Origin: an uncultured bacterium
GTDB lineage: Bacteria; Patescibacteriota; Gracilibacteria; UBA1369; PNNO01
Direction of reading: 5' to 3'
DNA: 32,000 nucleotides
Assembly (NCBI GenBank): GCA_963704705.1
Contig: OY969931.1
Location: forward strand, 1,170,001 to 1,202,000
Position numbers and translations under genes: made by a program. The notes under the pieces are model-generated. The model worked only from the letters and a program-made list of their open reading frames with translations, ran no database searches and was not told the DNA's origin. Numbering within the stretch: position 1 is the stretch's first letter; each line of letters opens with the position of its first letter. This document shows positions 9,973-17,991 of the stretch, piece after piece.

Positions 9973-11379
9973 ATGCAAAAAGAATATAAATCAGTTAAAT
10001 CTATTGCCGGACCACTCGTGATGATTGAAGGCGTTGAGGGTATCAAATACGAGGAACTCGTTGAAATCACAACCGCTTCAGGTGAGATACGGCAGGGTAA
10101 AGTGCTTGAAGCACGTGAAGGTATGGCTGTTGTACAGATGTTCGAAAGTACACAGGGTGTAGGTGCTGAAGGTTCAAAAGCAAGATTCCTTGGAAAAACA
10201 CTTCAACTGGGCGTTTCTAAAGACATGCTTGGACGCGTGTTTGACGGAAGAGGACGACCTATTGATGGCGGAGCTGAAATTATTGCTGAGAAGAAACTTG
10301 ATATCGCTGGTAACCCGTTAAATCCAAATGCACGTGATTATCCAAACGATTTCTACCAGACAGGAATCTCTACAATCGACTGTATGAACACGCTTGTTCG
10401 AGGCCAGAAGCTTCCTATCTTCTCTGGTGCGGGTCTTCCGCATGCGCAGATTGCAGCACAGATTGCTCGTCAGGCAAAAGTAATTAAAGTAAATGACGCA
10501 GGTGAAATTCAGGCAGGAGAAGGAAACGATGAAAACTTCGCGGTAGTGTTTGCTGCGATGGGTGTGACATTTGAAGAAGCAGAATACTTTACAAACGAAT
10601 TCAAAAAAACAGGTGCGATTGAACGTTCGGTTCTATTTATCAACACTGCGGACGATCCGGTTGTTGAAAGAATTGCGACACCTCGTATGGCGCTTACTAC
10701 AGCTGAATATTTGGCATTCGAAAAAGGCATGCACGTACTTGTAATCCTTACTGACCTTACAAACTATTGTGAGGCGCTTCGTGAGGTGAGTGCGGCACGT
10801 AAAGAGGTGCCTGGACGTCGTGGTTACCCTGGTTACTTATATACCGATCTTGCGACTCTATACGAAAGAGCCGGTCGTGTAAAAGGTAAGGAAGGGTCAA
10901 TTACGCAAATTCCGATTTTGACCATGCCTGAAGATGATATTACGCATCCGATTCCGGATTTGACAGGATATATTACTGAAGGACAAATTGTACTTGCACG
11001 TGATTTACACGCGCAGGGTATCTACCCTAATATTAACGTGTTGCCTTCACTTTCACGTTTGAAAGATAAAGGTATCGGACCAGGAAAAACCCGTGAAGAT
11101 CATTCAGGTGTTATGAACCAGTTGTTCGCGGCTTATGCACGTGGTAAAGAAGTACGTGAGCTTGCGGTTATCCTTGGTGAAGCTGCGCTTTCTGAAGCTG
11201 ACTTGGCTTTCTTAAAATTCGCTAATGAATTTGAAGATAAATATGTAAGACAAGCTGAATCAGAAGACCGAGACATCATCAAATCACTTACAATGGGATG
11301 GGAACTGCTAAAACTGCTTCCTGAAAACGAACTAAAACGTGTTAAACCTGAATACATCGAAAAATATATGACTAAATAA
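9973..11379 (+). CDS. ntpB: V/A-type ATPase subunit B
   Basis: 468 aa. [15 protein letters not shown] and [27 protein letters not shown], typical of the non-catalytic B subunit. Confidence 0.97.
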   Translation: MQKEYKSVKSIAGPLVMIEGVEGIKYEELVEITTASGEIRQGKVLEAREGMAVVQMFESTQGVGAEGSKARFLGKTLQLGVSKDMLGRVFDGRGRPIDGGAEIIAEKKLDIAGNPLNPNARDYPNDFYQTGISTIDCMNTLVRGQKLPIFSGAGLPHAQIAAQIARQAKVIKVNDAGEIQAGEGNDENFAVVFAAMGVTFEEAEYFTNEFKKTGAIERSVLFINTADDPVVERIATPRMALTTAEYLAFEKGMHVLVILTDLTNYCEALREVSAARKEVPGRRGYPGYLYTDLATLYERAGRVKGKEGSITQIPILTMPEDDITHPIPDLTGYITEGQIVLARDLHAQGIYPNINVLPSLSRLKDKGIGPGKTREDHSGVMNQLFAAYARGKEVRELAVILGEAALSEADLAFLKFANEFEDKYVRQAESEDRDIIKSLTMGWELLKLLPENELKRVKPEYIEKYMTK

Positions 11380-11381
11380 AC

Positions 11382-12002
11382 ATGGCTAAATTAAACGTCA
11401 ATCCGACACGAATGGAGCTCTTGAACCTCAAGAAGCAGATTAAAACTGCTGAAAGAGGCCACAAGCTGCTGCGCGATAAACAGGACGGACTTATGCAGAA
11501 ATTCATGGAGATCATCCGTGAGGCACGAACTCTTCGCTCTAAAGTTGAAGAAAAGCTTCAGGGAGCATTCAAAAACTTTATGCAGGCATCAGCAATGATG
11601 TACCCGGAAGTTCTTGAAAACGCACTTCTCTACCCTTCTGCGCAGGTCTCACTCGAAGTTGAAACAAAGAATGTGATGTCAGTTAAAATCCCAAATTTTG
11701 ACTTAAAACAGGAAGGAAATATTTTGAACTACGGATACCTGCAGACTAGCGGAGAACTCGACATGTCACTCGAAGCTTTCCAGGAGGTTCTTCCACTTTT
11801 AATCCAGCTAGCTGAAATTGAACGTCAGGCAGAAAGATTAGCGGAGGAAACAGAGAAAACACGCCGACGTGTAAACGCCCTTGAGCACATGCTTTTACCT
11901 AATTTGAAGGAAACCGTTAAGTTTATTTCAATGAAACTCGGAGAGGCTGAACGTTCAGCAATTACAGGTGTGATGAGAATTAAAGCTTCAATGGAAGAAT
12001 AA
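11382..12002 (+). CDS. ntpD: V/A-type ATPase subunit D (central stalk)
   Basis: 206 aa. The N-terminus LNVNPTRMELLNLKKQIKTAERGHKLLRDKQD is the conserved D-subunit start. It is tightly coupled to B (3-nt gap). Confidence 0.9.
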   Translation: MAKLNVNPTRMELLNLKKQIKTAERGHKLLRDKQDGLMQKFMEIIREARTLRSKVEEKLQGAFKNFMQASAMMYPEVLENALLYPSAQVSLEVETKNVMSVKIPNFDLKQEGNILNYGYLQTSGELDMSLEAFQEVLPLLIQLAEIERQAERLAEETEKTRRRVNALEHMLLPNLKETVKFISMKLGEAERSAITGVMRIKASMEE

Positions 12003-12012
12003 CCAGATATTC

Positions 12013-12408
12013 ATGTCCGAAACACCAAAATCAGAAGTTCCTGAAAAGGATTTTTCAACGGACAGGCTTGATGATACGCTGGCTGCGACTGATGCGATTA
12101 TATTAAGAATTAAAACAGCTTGTGATCTTGTTGTTAGAACTATGACAGCAATTGATGATACCAAAAAATTTCAAAATAGTTCCCTTCCAATAGTGAGGGA
12201 AGTTTATACATCGCAATTCAAAAAATTACTTGAACAATTAGAGGCAGATGAGATCAAAAAAGGAACAGTAAAAATAGAACTTATTAGAAAAATTGAAATT
12301 ATAAATGAAGCCATAAAATTGCATAAAGGTTCATTTTTCTTAAGAGACTTAAACAGGGCTTTAAGAATACTGAAAAAAGAGCTCGAAAGCCTTACAACGG
12401 ACTTTTAA
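12013..12408 (+). CDS. hypothetical protein (131 aa)
   Basis: ORF 10 nt downstream of ntpD. No motif recognised. Its 3' end overlaps the 3' end of the convergent recombinase gene by 17 nt. Confidence 0.45.
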   Translation: MSETPKSEVPEKDFSTDRLDDTLAATDAIILRIKTACDLVVRTMTAIDDTKKFQNSSLPIVREVYTSQFKKLLEQLEADEIKKGTVKIELIRKIEIINEAIKLHKGSFFLRDLNRALRILKKELESLTTDF

Positions 12409-13213
12409 TACTTTTTATAGCTTTTTGACGAACATGAGTATAAATTTGCGTTGTTCTTACACTAGCATGACCTAAAAGCTCCTGTACATACCTTAGGTTA
12501 GTTCCGCACTCAATCAAATGCGTTGCAAAACTATGCCGGAGCGAATGAAAAGTAGCCGGAATATCAACCTCAGCTTTTTTAAGTGCATTCTTAAAAACCT
12601 TCTGAACTGTTCGTGGATGTAACTTTCCTCCCCTATTACTCTCAAAAACATATTGGTACGGCTTTTTATCTTTCAAATAAAACTTGAGTCGATCCCAAAG
12701 CTTATCAGGTAAAATTGTAAAACGACTTTTGAATCCCTTGCCATTTTTGATATAAATCGTGTGATCATAAAAACGAACATCCCTGACCTTAAGGTCGATA
12801 AGCTCACTCAGCCTCAACCCCGCTCCATAAGCCAAAAGAATAATAAGTTTGTGCTTTTTATTGTTGGTGGAGTCTGCGATCAGAAGTACCATCGGCTTGG
12901 AAAGTGTTTTAGGCGTACTTTTTGGCCGCTTAGCATACGGAACCTTGATTTCTTTACGGCGTTTCATGACGTTAAAATAAAAAAATTTTATCGCACATAA
13001 ATACAAATTGCGCGAAACCGGCCCAACTCCCTCCTTAGCCTTCTCAAATAAAAATTGCTGCACCATTTGCTGGCTATAACGTCGTATTGCCTCCCCATCA
13101 AATTCCAAATACTTCTCGATGTTATACATGTACGTTTTGCGAGTCCTCGGACTATAATTGCGAATAACCAAGGCAAACTCCATCTCCTTTAGCATTTTAT
13201 TAATTTTTTTCAT
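12392..13213 (-). CDS. intI: Integron-integrase-like tyrosine recombinase (short form, 273 aa)
   Basis: Catalytic set present: R in AGLRLSE, K in GKGFKSR, HxxR in HSLRHSFAT, H in LLGHASV, Y in QIYTHV. N-terminus RNYSPRTRKTY and C-terminus IYTHVRQKAIKSIKSPL resemble IntI (IntI1 ends ...IYTHVLKVGGAGVRSPLD, from memory). It is divergent from the cassette array. Only 62 aa separate GKG from HSLRH, so the IntI-specific insertion seems to be missing. Confidence 0.8.
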   Translation of the reverse strand: MKKINKMLKEMEFALVIRNYSPRTRKTYMYNIEKYLEFDGEAIRRYSQQMVQQFLFEKAKEGVGPVSRNLYLCAIKFFYFNVMKRRKEIKVPYAKRPKSTPKTLSKPMVLLIADSTNNKKHKLIILLAYGAGLRLSELIDLKVRDVRFYDHTIYIKNGKGFKSRFTILPDKLWDRLKFYLKDKKPYQYVFESNRGGKLHPRTVQKVFKNALKKAEVDIPATFHSLRHSFATHLIECGTNLRYVQELLGHASVRTTQIYTHVRQKAIKSIKSPL

Positions 13214-13314
13214 AAAAATATGTTAAAAATATGCACGCAGCATATCCAAACATTATTAAATATTTCTAAAAAAAACCTAAAATATGCTAAAGTACGCTAA
13301 GTAGGGAGTTAGCG
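13214..13314 (+). other. attI-like region with recombination point G|TTAGCG at 13308|13309
   Basis: Identity with the copy of cassette 1 at 30993 begins exactly at GTTAGCG (13308-13314). Inverted boxes CGCTAA (13295-13300) and TTAGCG (13309-13314) are separated by 8 nt. Upstream direct repeats are AAAATATGTTAAA (13214) and AAAATATGCTAAA (13279), with a palindrome ATATGCacgcaGCATAT at 13229-13245. Confidence 0.7.
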
Positions 13315-13318
13315 GAAA

Positions 13319-13347
13319 TTGGGCTGATTTTAAAAGCGACTTAATAT
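13319..13347 (+). promoter_or_regulatory. cassette-borne promoter candidate (cassette 1; repeated in cassette 28)
   Basis: TTGGGC, 17-nt spacer, TAATAT. It lies inside the cassette, so it travels with it (same sequence at about 31004-31032). Confidence 0.35.
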
Positions 13348-13378
13348 ATAATTCAAATAATTCTTAACCTAAAATTCT

Positions 13379-13957
13379 ATGAATCAAACATGGAAAATCA
13401 TTGTCGCCGTCATTATTACAGCAGTCGTTGTCGGAGGTGGCTTTTACTTCTGGCAACAGAGCAAGGAAGAAACTCCACAAGTTACTCGAAAAACCGAAGA
13501 TCAAACACCAGCTCCAGCAGCTGAAACCGAAAAAACGTTCACTGGTAGCGGATTTACATTCACATACCCCGTAGAATATACAGCTGATAACAAAGGACTT
13601 TGGACAACGGACGGTTATCAAAGACATATAAATCCGCCTGAAGCTTGCGATACCTGCCAGATACCAGAAGTAGAAGTAAAAGCCACCACTTCAAATAAAA
13701 CATTGGATCAACAAATTATTGCTGATTATGACTTGCCAGGAACAACACTGGCAGAGATGTCTAAACAAACTGGCATCAAATATGAGCAAATAAAAATCGG
13801 CGACAATGATTTTATCAAAATCACGGTTAGCGACATGTTCGATGTAACAGGATATTACACAAAACATAATAATCAGATTGTCGCTTTTAAAGTTTATTTG
13901 ACGGAAAAAGATAATAAGGCATTAAAAGATATTATTTCGACTTTGAAGTTTAATTAA
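13379..13957 (+). CDS. cassette 1 (13309-14086): membrane-anchored hypothetical protein (192 aa)
   Basis: N-terminal TM helix IIVAVIITAVVVGGGFYFW followed by a Pro/Thr/Glu-rich linker. The protein is identical to the ORF at 31064-31642. Confidence 0.7.
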   Translation: MNQTWKIIVAVIITAVVVGGGFYFWQQSKEETPQVTRKTEDQTPAPAAETEKTFTGSGFTFTYPVEYTADNKGLWTTDGYQRHINPPEACDTCQIPEVEVKATTSNKTLDQQIIADYDLPGTTLAEMSKQTGIKYEQIKIGDNDFIKITVSDMFDVTGYYTKHNNQIVAFKVYLTEKDNKALKDIISTLKFN

Positions 13958-13972
13958 AATCAGCCCAACATC

Positions 13973-14092
13973 AGCTAACAAAGGCTATGCGGCTACGATC
14001 CTTTCAGTCGCTACGCCCATATTGTGCGGTGGTGAGCCACTTCGCGGCCAATTATACCACCGCACAACATCGCATAGCCTTGGCCGTTAGCC
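13973..14092 (+). repeat. attC 1
   Basis: R'' AGCTAAC, R' GTTAGCC. L arms aaggctatgcg/cgcatagcctt. Inner stem tgtgcggtgg/ccaccgcaca. ATTATACCACC core. Confidence 0.85.
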
Positions 14093-14109
14093 GCCATTTT
14101 CATTCCCAC

Positions 14110-14137
14110 TTGAATTTTTATCAGATTTATTTATAAT
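14110..14137 (+). promoter_or_regulatory. cassette-borne promoter candidate (cassette 2)
   Basis: TTGAAT (14110-14115), 16-nt spacer, TATAAT (14132-14137), 27 nt upstream of the ATG at 14165. Confidence 0.5.
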
Positions 14138-14164
14138 TTATCTCTTAATTTATAATAATAAATT

Positions 14165-14456
14165 ATGAATACACCTGAAGGATTTCCAGTTGAATTATGT
14201 CCACCACACTATATAGATCATCAATTAGATAATACTCATAGAGACATTTGGATTACAGATGTTAGTGAACAAATATACAGAAGATGGATATTTTGTTGAA
14301 AACTTTCCACCTGAAATAAATGAAAGAGTATTTCAAGTTCGTGATGGTGTATCACGGGCAACACAATTTAAGGTACGTACACATCCTGAGAGAATTTATC
14401 GTGCAACTGATAATCCACATAAAACAGGATGGTGGGAATGTAATGTAGATAAATAA
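14165..14456 (+). pseudogene. cassette 2 (14087-14579): possibly frameshifted small gene
   Basis: The ATG at 14165 opens a 45-codon frame (MNTPEGFPVELCPPHY...) that stops at about 14300. A second frame, open from 14229, carries the 65-aa track ORF (14259-14456). The frames overlap and share one upstream promoter, which is consistent with a single gene broken by a 1-nt indel. Two small genes is the alternative. Confidence 0.35.
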
Positions 14457-14463
14457 AAACAGC

Positions 14464-14585
14464 GGCTAACAGGTGTATGTTCAGCTTCACTCGCTATGCT
14501 CGTTACGCCCATATTTTTGCAAGTGATGGCGCTTCGCGCTATTATACCACTTGCAAAAACATAGTACATACACCGGCCGTTGTAC
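14464..14585 (+). repeat. attC 2
   Basis: R'' GGCTAAC, R' GTTGTAC. L arms ggtgtatgt/acatacacc. Inner stem tttttgcaagtg/cacttgcaaaaa. ATTATACCAC core. Confidence 0.85.
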
Positions 14586-14656
14586 GAAATAGCAATGAGT
14601 TCTATCTTTGTGTAAATTTTAAGAAGCACCACTTGACTAATTGGTGATATAGTTGT

Positions 14657-14980
14657 ATGTTATCCCCCATTCATAATCATAAAACTATGAATTTTGGTAG
14701 CTATCGAGCTCGCGTCGCTATAGTAAGAGATATTAGCGAGTTCAAAACAATCAAAGATAGTAATAGAGCAGACAAACTAAATCAAGCTTTAAACAAGGGA
14801 AAAAGCAAAGTTGAACAAGCAAAAACTGATGCAGATATTGAACAAGCATGTAAAGAAACTTTTGAAGAAGTATTAAGAGTTTTTGAAGGTAGTGATGAAC
14901 ATGATGGTATGCGGGGCTTTGTTTTAGTGGATAGATTTCAAAGCGACGCTCACAATTGGTGGAATAATTCAAAGAATTAA
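14657..14980 (+). CDS. cassette 3 (14580-15152): hypothetical protein (107 aa)
   Basis: Intact ORF. A paralog at 29288-29611 differs by one residue (S35R). The true start may be the internal ATG at 14687. Confidence 0.6.
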   Translation: MLSPIHNHKTMNFGSYRARVAIVRDISEFKTIKDSNRADKLNQALNKGKSKVEQAKTDADIEQACKETFEEVLRVFEGSDEHDGMRGFVLVDRFQSDAHNWWNNSKN

Positions 14981-15004
14981 TAGTTATAAGCTCATTGCTA
15001 CATC

Positions 15005-15158
15005 GTACAACAGGCGCATTAACGGTTCGGGCTTTTTCTTGCGGCTGGCTTCGCACAGCCAAAAATCCCTCTCCCAACTTTTTTAACGGTGCTTTCATGC
15101 CTTGCGGCATGTTATTATACCACCGTCAAAAAGTTCGCTAATGCGCCAGACGTTGCAC
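15005..15158 (+). repeat. attC 3 (long type A)
   Basis: R'' GTACAAC, R' GTTGCAC. L arms ggcgcatta/taatgcgcc. Inner stem ttttttaacggtg/caccgtcaaaaa. ATTATACCACC core. Confidence 0.85.
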
Positions 15159-15437
15159 GCAATTGCACACACTCAAAAAAAACCGTAAGTCAATTTCTCG
15201 ACTTTCGCTTTTTTTGCGCCTGCGGCGGTTGTGTGTGCAACAACGTACAACAAACGTATATTCAACTCTCTTCTCTCTCATGTTTCATTTTCTTTTAATC
15301 AATTAAATAACTTAATAAATAAAAATAAATTTCACTACAAATAACCCGTTCGTCCAAATTAGGCTTCTCTCGCCGCGGTGATTGGGATATTATATCACCG
15401 CTTCTCGTTCAGCCTAACTTTGTATATACGTTGGACG
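15153..15437 (+). repeat. cassette 4: ORF-less 285-bp cassette, copy 1 of 3
   Basis: It starts at G|TTGCAC and ends at ...ttggacG|TT. There is an 82-bp body with an A8/T7-8-containing hairpin (ttgcacacac...gtgtgtgcaa). An attC-like part then carries an AT-rich insertion of about 110 nt. Near-identical to 15948-16231 and 17986-18269. Confidence 0.8.
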
Positions 15438-15443
15438 TTATAC
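15235..15443 (+). repeat. attC 4 (within ORF-less cassette)
   Basis: R'' GTGCAAC (15235-41) matches the cassette start TTGCAC. A tandem second box GTACAAC lies at 15244-50. R' GTTATAC. Arms acgtatat/atatacgt. Inner stems ttaggct/agcctaa and cgcggtgat/atcaccgc. Confidence 0.6.
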
Positions 15444-15467
15444 GCCACAAGAAAAAGAATATTGCAA

Positions 15468-15497
15468 TTGACAAAATTGCTATATTTATATTAATAT
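15468..15497 (+). promoter_or_regulatory. cassette-borne promoter candidate (cassette 5)
   Basis: TTGACA (15468-73), 18-nt spacer, TAATAT (15492-97), 25 nt upstream of the ATG at 15523. Confidence 0.45.
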
Positions 15498-15522
15498 CTC
15501 TTTCCTATAACCAATCTATATT

Positions 15523-15936
15523 ATGAGAAGCAGAACACCTATTTGTGATAGGAACAAAAGAGAGCTTGCAATATGCAATGAAGCGCTTGATACAGGATCA
15601 TTTGGAGAATCTTTAATTAAATTAAAGCCATCGGAACTCGACTCGCTTCTAGATAACTTTCATCTTGCTATTACTTTATTTATGGATAGATTGGATTGTG
15701 AAAGGGCGATGAATTTAAAAACCGTAACGCTCGCGTCGGAACTGCATATAATGAATTATTGGAAGCTAAAAAAGGTAATTAACTCCTTTTTCTTGCAGCG
15801 CATAACAGGCGCATTAACGGTTCGGGCTTTTTTTGCGGCTGGCTTTCGCACACCCAAAAATCCCTCACCCAACTTTTTTAACGGTGGTTCCATGCCTTAC
15901 GGCATGATATTATACCACCGTCAAAAAGTTCGCTAA
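15523..15936 (+). CDS. cassette 5 (15438-15947): hypothetical protein; the ORF reads into its attC
   Basis: 137-aa ORF with no stop before the attC. The last 45 or so codons are translated attC sequence, and the stop TAA lies in the L' arm (gcTAAtgcgcc). Confidence 0.5.
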   Translation: MRSRTPICDRNKRELAICNEALDTGSFGESLIKLKPSELDSLLDNFHLAITLFMDRLDCERAMNLKTVTLASELHIMNYWKLKKVINSFFLQRITGALTVRAFFAAGFRTPKNPSPNFFNGGSMPYGMILYHRQKVR

Positions 15937-15953
15937 TGCGCCGGACGTTGCAC
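15800..15953 (+). repeat. attC 5 (type A)
   Basis: R'' GCATAAC, R' GTTGCAC. L arms ggcgcatta/taatgcgcc. ATTATACCACC core. Confidence 0.85.
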
Positions 15954-16231
15954 GCAATTGCACACACTCAAAAAAAACCGTAAGTCATTTCTCAACTTTC
16001 GCTTTTTTTTGCGCCTGCGGCGGTTGTGTGTGCAACAACGTACAACAAACGCATATTCAACTCTCTTCTCTTTCATGTTTCATTTTCTTTTAACCAATTA
16101 AATCACTTAATAAATAAAAATAAATTCACTACAAATAACCCGTTCGTCCAAATTAGGCTTCTCTCGCCGCGGTGATTGGGATATTATATCACCGCTTCTC
16201 GTTCAGCCTAACTTTGTATATGCGTTGGACG
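15948..16231 (+). repeat. cassette 6: ORF-less cassette, copy 2 of 3
   Basis: Same 284-bp unit as 15153-15437. Bounded by G|TTGCAC and ggacG|TT. Confidence 0.8.
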
Positions 16232-16237
16232 TTATGT
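16030..16237 (+). repeat. attC 6 (within ORF-less cassette)
   Basis: R'' GTGCAAC (16030-36), R' GTTATGT (16231-37). Same architecture as attC 4. Confidence 0.6.
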
Positions 16238-16342
16238 GTAATAGCGAAAAGAAAAATGTTGCACATTTTCAATATTTTTGGTAATTTACGTTTATAATTG
16301 CGCACAACCTCATCTAATTCATTATCTTATTAGAAATCAGTT

Positions 16343-16609
16343 ATGAGAGATACAATAAGCGGTTCAAACGAACCTAAACCAGAAAAACCTCCTCTTCATT
16401 CATTGGAACAGTGGGAGTTGTCTAACAGAATTTCGCATGAAACGGGCTGTAATAGTGAACAATTGAAGTGGATCGAAGATCGAATGAATGAATTAAATGT
16501 GGGTGAAAGTTTTGAATGGACCTCAGAAACACAACAAGTGATCACAATTACAAAGGTAGAAGAAAAATTTTACAAGTTAGACTTTCCTCAAAATTACAAA
16601 CGATCGTAA
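16343..16609 (+). CDS. cassette 7 (16232-16794): hypothetical protein (88 aa)
   Basis: Intact ORF followed by a terminator-like hairpin. No motif recognised. Confidence 0.55.
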   Translation: MRDTISGSNEPKPEKPPLHSLEQWELSNRISHETGCNSEQLKWIEDRMNELNVGESFEWTSETQQVITITKVEEKFYKLDFPQNYKRS

Positions 16610-16630
16610 ACGCAAATTACCAAAAATATA

Positions 16631-16660
16631 CGACCGCCTTTAAGGGGCGGTCGTTGCTTT
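16631..16660 (+). terminator. rho-independent terminator candidate inside cassette 7
   Basis: 8-bp GC-rich stem cgaccgcc/ggcggtcg with a 7-nt loop, followed by TTGCTTT. It lies 22 nt after the ORF stop. Confidence 0.5.
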
Positions 16661-16670
16661 ACGCTACTAC

Positions 16671-16800
16671 GCATAACACTGGACATGCGGTTCGGGTTAT
16701 CCCCGAAAGACCTTATGCAAATTGAAAAACCCCGCTCTTTTTGATAAAATTGATTAAGGAAGGGGGGTTTTTCAACTTCGCATGTCCAGGAACGTTATGT
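16671..16800 (+). repeat. attC 7 (divergent type)
   Basis: R'' GCATAAC, R' GTTATGT. L arms ctggacatgcg/cgcatgtccag. Inner stem gaaaaacccc/ggggtttttc. It lacks the ATTATACC core. Confidence 0.8.
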
Positions 16801-16912
16801 GAAATAGCCAGAAATTTCTTAATTATTTTTTAGATTTTTTTGGCAATTTATTTCAACGGTCGACATAACTTATGATATAATTTAGTCAGTTTAATATTTA
16901 ACCAAAATAACT

Positions 16913-17161
16913 ATGGAATCACCAGAACAAGGGTTTAACCCACAAGAACATACACGCTGGGCAAAACAGCGGGCACTTGAACTATTAGAAAACGGAGATC
17001 TTATGCAGGCAATTGACTCAATGGTAAGTGATTTAGGTAAAGATCCTACGCGCCCGCCTGAACAAGTGAGAATGCTTACTATGATGGGCATGATTACAAG
17101 AAATGATCCCGCATTAGATGAAAAGAAAGTACGCGAGTTTATTGAAGGGTTTGCTGAATAA
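16913..17161 (+). CDS. cassette 8 (16795-17399): hypothetical protein (82 aa)
   Basis: Intact ORF. No motif recognised. Confidence 0.55.
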   Translation: MESPEQGFNPQEHTRWAKQRALELLENGDLMQAIDSMVSDLGKDPTRPPEQVRMLTMMGMITRNDPALDEKKVREFIEGFAE

Positions 17162-17204
17162 ATTGCCAAAAAAAGAATAAGGAATAGAAATTTCTGGCTA
17201 CATC

Positions 17205-17405
17205 ACATAACAGCGTGTATCTGGCTACGGAAAATTGGCGTTAATTAAACCCTTAAGGAATGCTAATTTTCCTCCGCCCAAATCCCGCACTAATTTTTGT
17301 GGGTTTTGGATGGAGAGCGTGTATAAAAGTGTTCGTAATAATTTTTAACATTATCTTTTACCAACAAAATTAGTGCGGGACTTCAGATACACGCAAACGT
17401 TAGCC
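17205..17405 (+). repeat. attC 8 (201 bp, divergent type)
   Basis: R'' ACATAAC, R' GTTAGCC. L arms gcgtgtatctg/cagatacacgc. Inner stem cccgcactaatttt/aaaattagtgcggg. Confidence 0.8.
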
Positions 17406-17490
17406 GCCATTCAATATTAGTTATGTATTTGTTATTTATGGCTTTTTGTTGTATAATATATACGTATTATATAATTAACAACTTATATAT

Positions 17491-17835
17491 ATGAATCCTT
17501 TAGAATCCTCTTTTTATGAAGAAGAACACAGTGAAATCGATAATTTAAATAAAGCAATTGAAGATAGTTTGGCAACAACAGTAATTGAAGCTGCTCAAAA
17601 CAGGTCACCTGAAGAAGCTAGAAAAGTGTTTAAAGCGAGCTTAGTTATTAATAGGATTTTTAATAATGTATTATTTGATGCTCGCGCAGATGGAACATCT
17701 GTATCAGATTTACCGACTTTACAGGGTATGATTGATGATTATGTTGCAAAACTTAATTTTGATTCATCGATATTAAGTAATTCTGTTGAAAAATTTCATA
17801 AATTAGCTGTTGAACTAGCTAAAGAAGAAATGTAA
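17491..17835 (+). CDS. cassette 9 (17400-17985): hypothetical protein (114 aa)
   Basis: Intact ORF preceded by an AT-rich leader containing TATAAT (ttgttgTATAATat). No motif recognised. Confidence 0.55.
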   Translation: MNPLESSFYEEEHSEIDNLNKAIEDSLATTVIEAAQNRSPEEARKVFKASLVINRIFNNVLFDARADGTSVSDLPTLQGMIDDYVAKLNFDSSILSNSVEKFHKLAVELAKEEM

Positions 17836-17843
17836 TAGAAAGC

Positions 17844-17991
17844 GGCTAACAGGCGCATATAAGGTTCACTTCGCTTCGCTCGCTCACCCAAAAAAGCTAC
17901 ACTCGTCTCGGTGGTGAGCACGCTTATAAGCGTGACATTTTACCACCTCGTCTCGTTTCGCATTTCTTCTTATATACGCCGGACGTTGCAC
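17844..17991 (+). repeat. attC 9
   Basis: R'' GGCTAAC, R' GTTGCAC. L arms ggcgcatataag/cttatatacgcc (1 mismatch). Apical palindrome cacgcttataagcgtg. Confidence 0.8.

Noticed and set aside
35-11357. Short ORFs nested in or antisense to dinG and the ntp genes, e.g. 35-262(-), 1552-1827(-), 4515-4901(-), 7867-8088(+), 9161-9418(+) and 10509-10730(-).
   Set aside because: Each lies entirely inside a long, motif-supported gene in another frame or strand. Their compositions are typical of shadow ORFs.
13364-13627. ORF-track entries antisense to or overlapping real cassette genes and attCs. These are 13364-13627(-), 31049-31312(-), 14396-14632(-), 14751-15110(-), 15089-15298(+), 16516-16725(+), 16891-17169(-), 18554-18856(-), 20677-20877(+), 23159-23350(+), 23823-24098(+), 27096-27347(+), 27128-27355(-) and 29382-29603(-).
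   Set aside because: They lie antisense to better ORFs or are read-through of palindromic attC or IR sequence. Their products are low-complexity, and none has an upstream start context. Duplicated ones are duplicated only because the cassette is.
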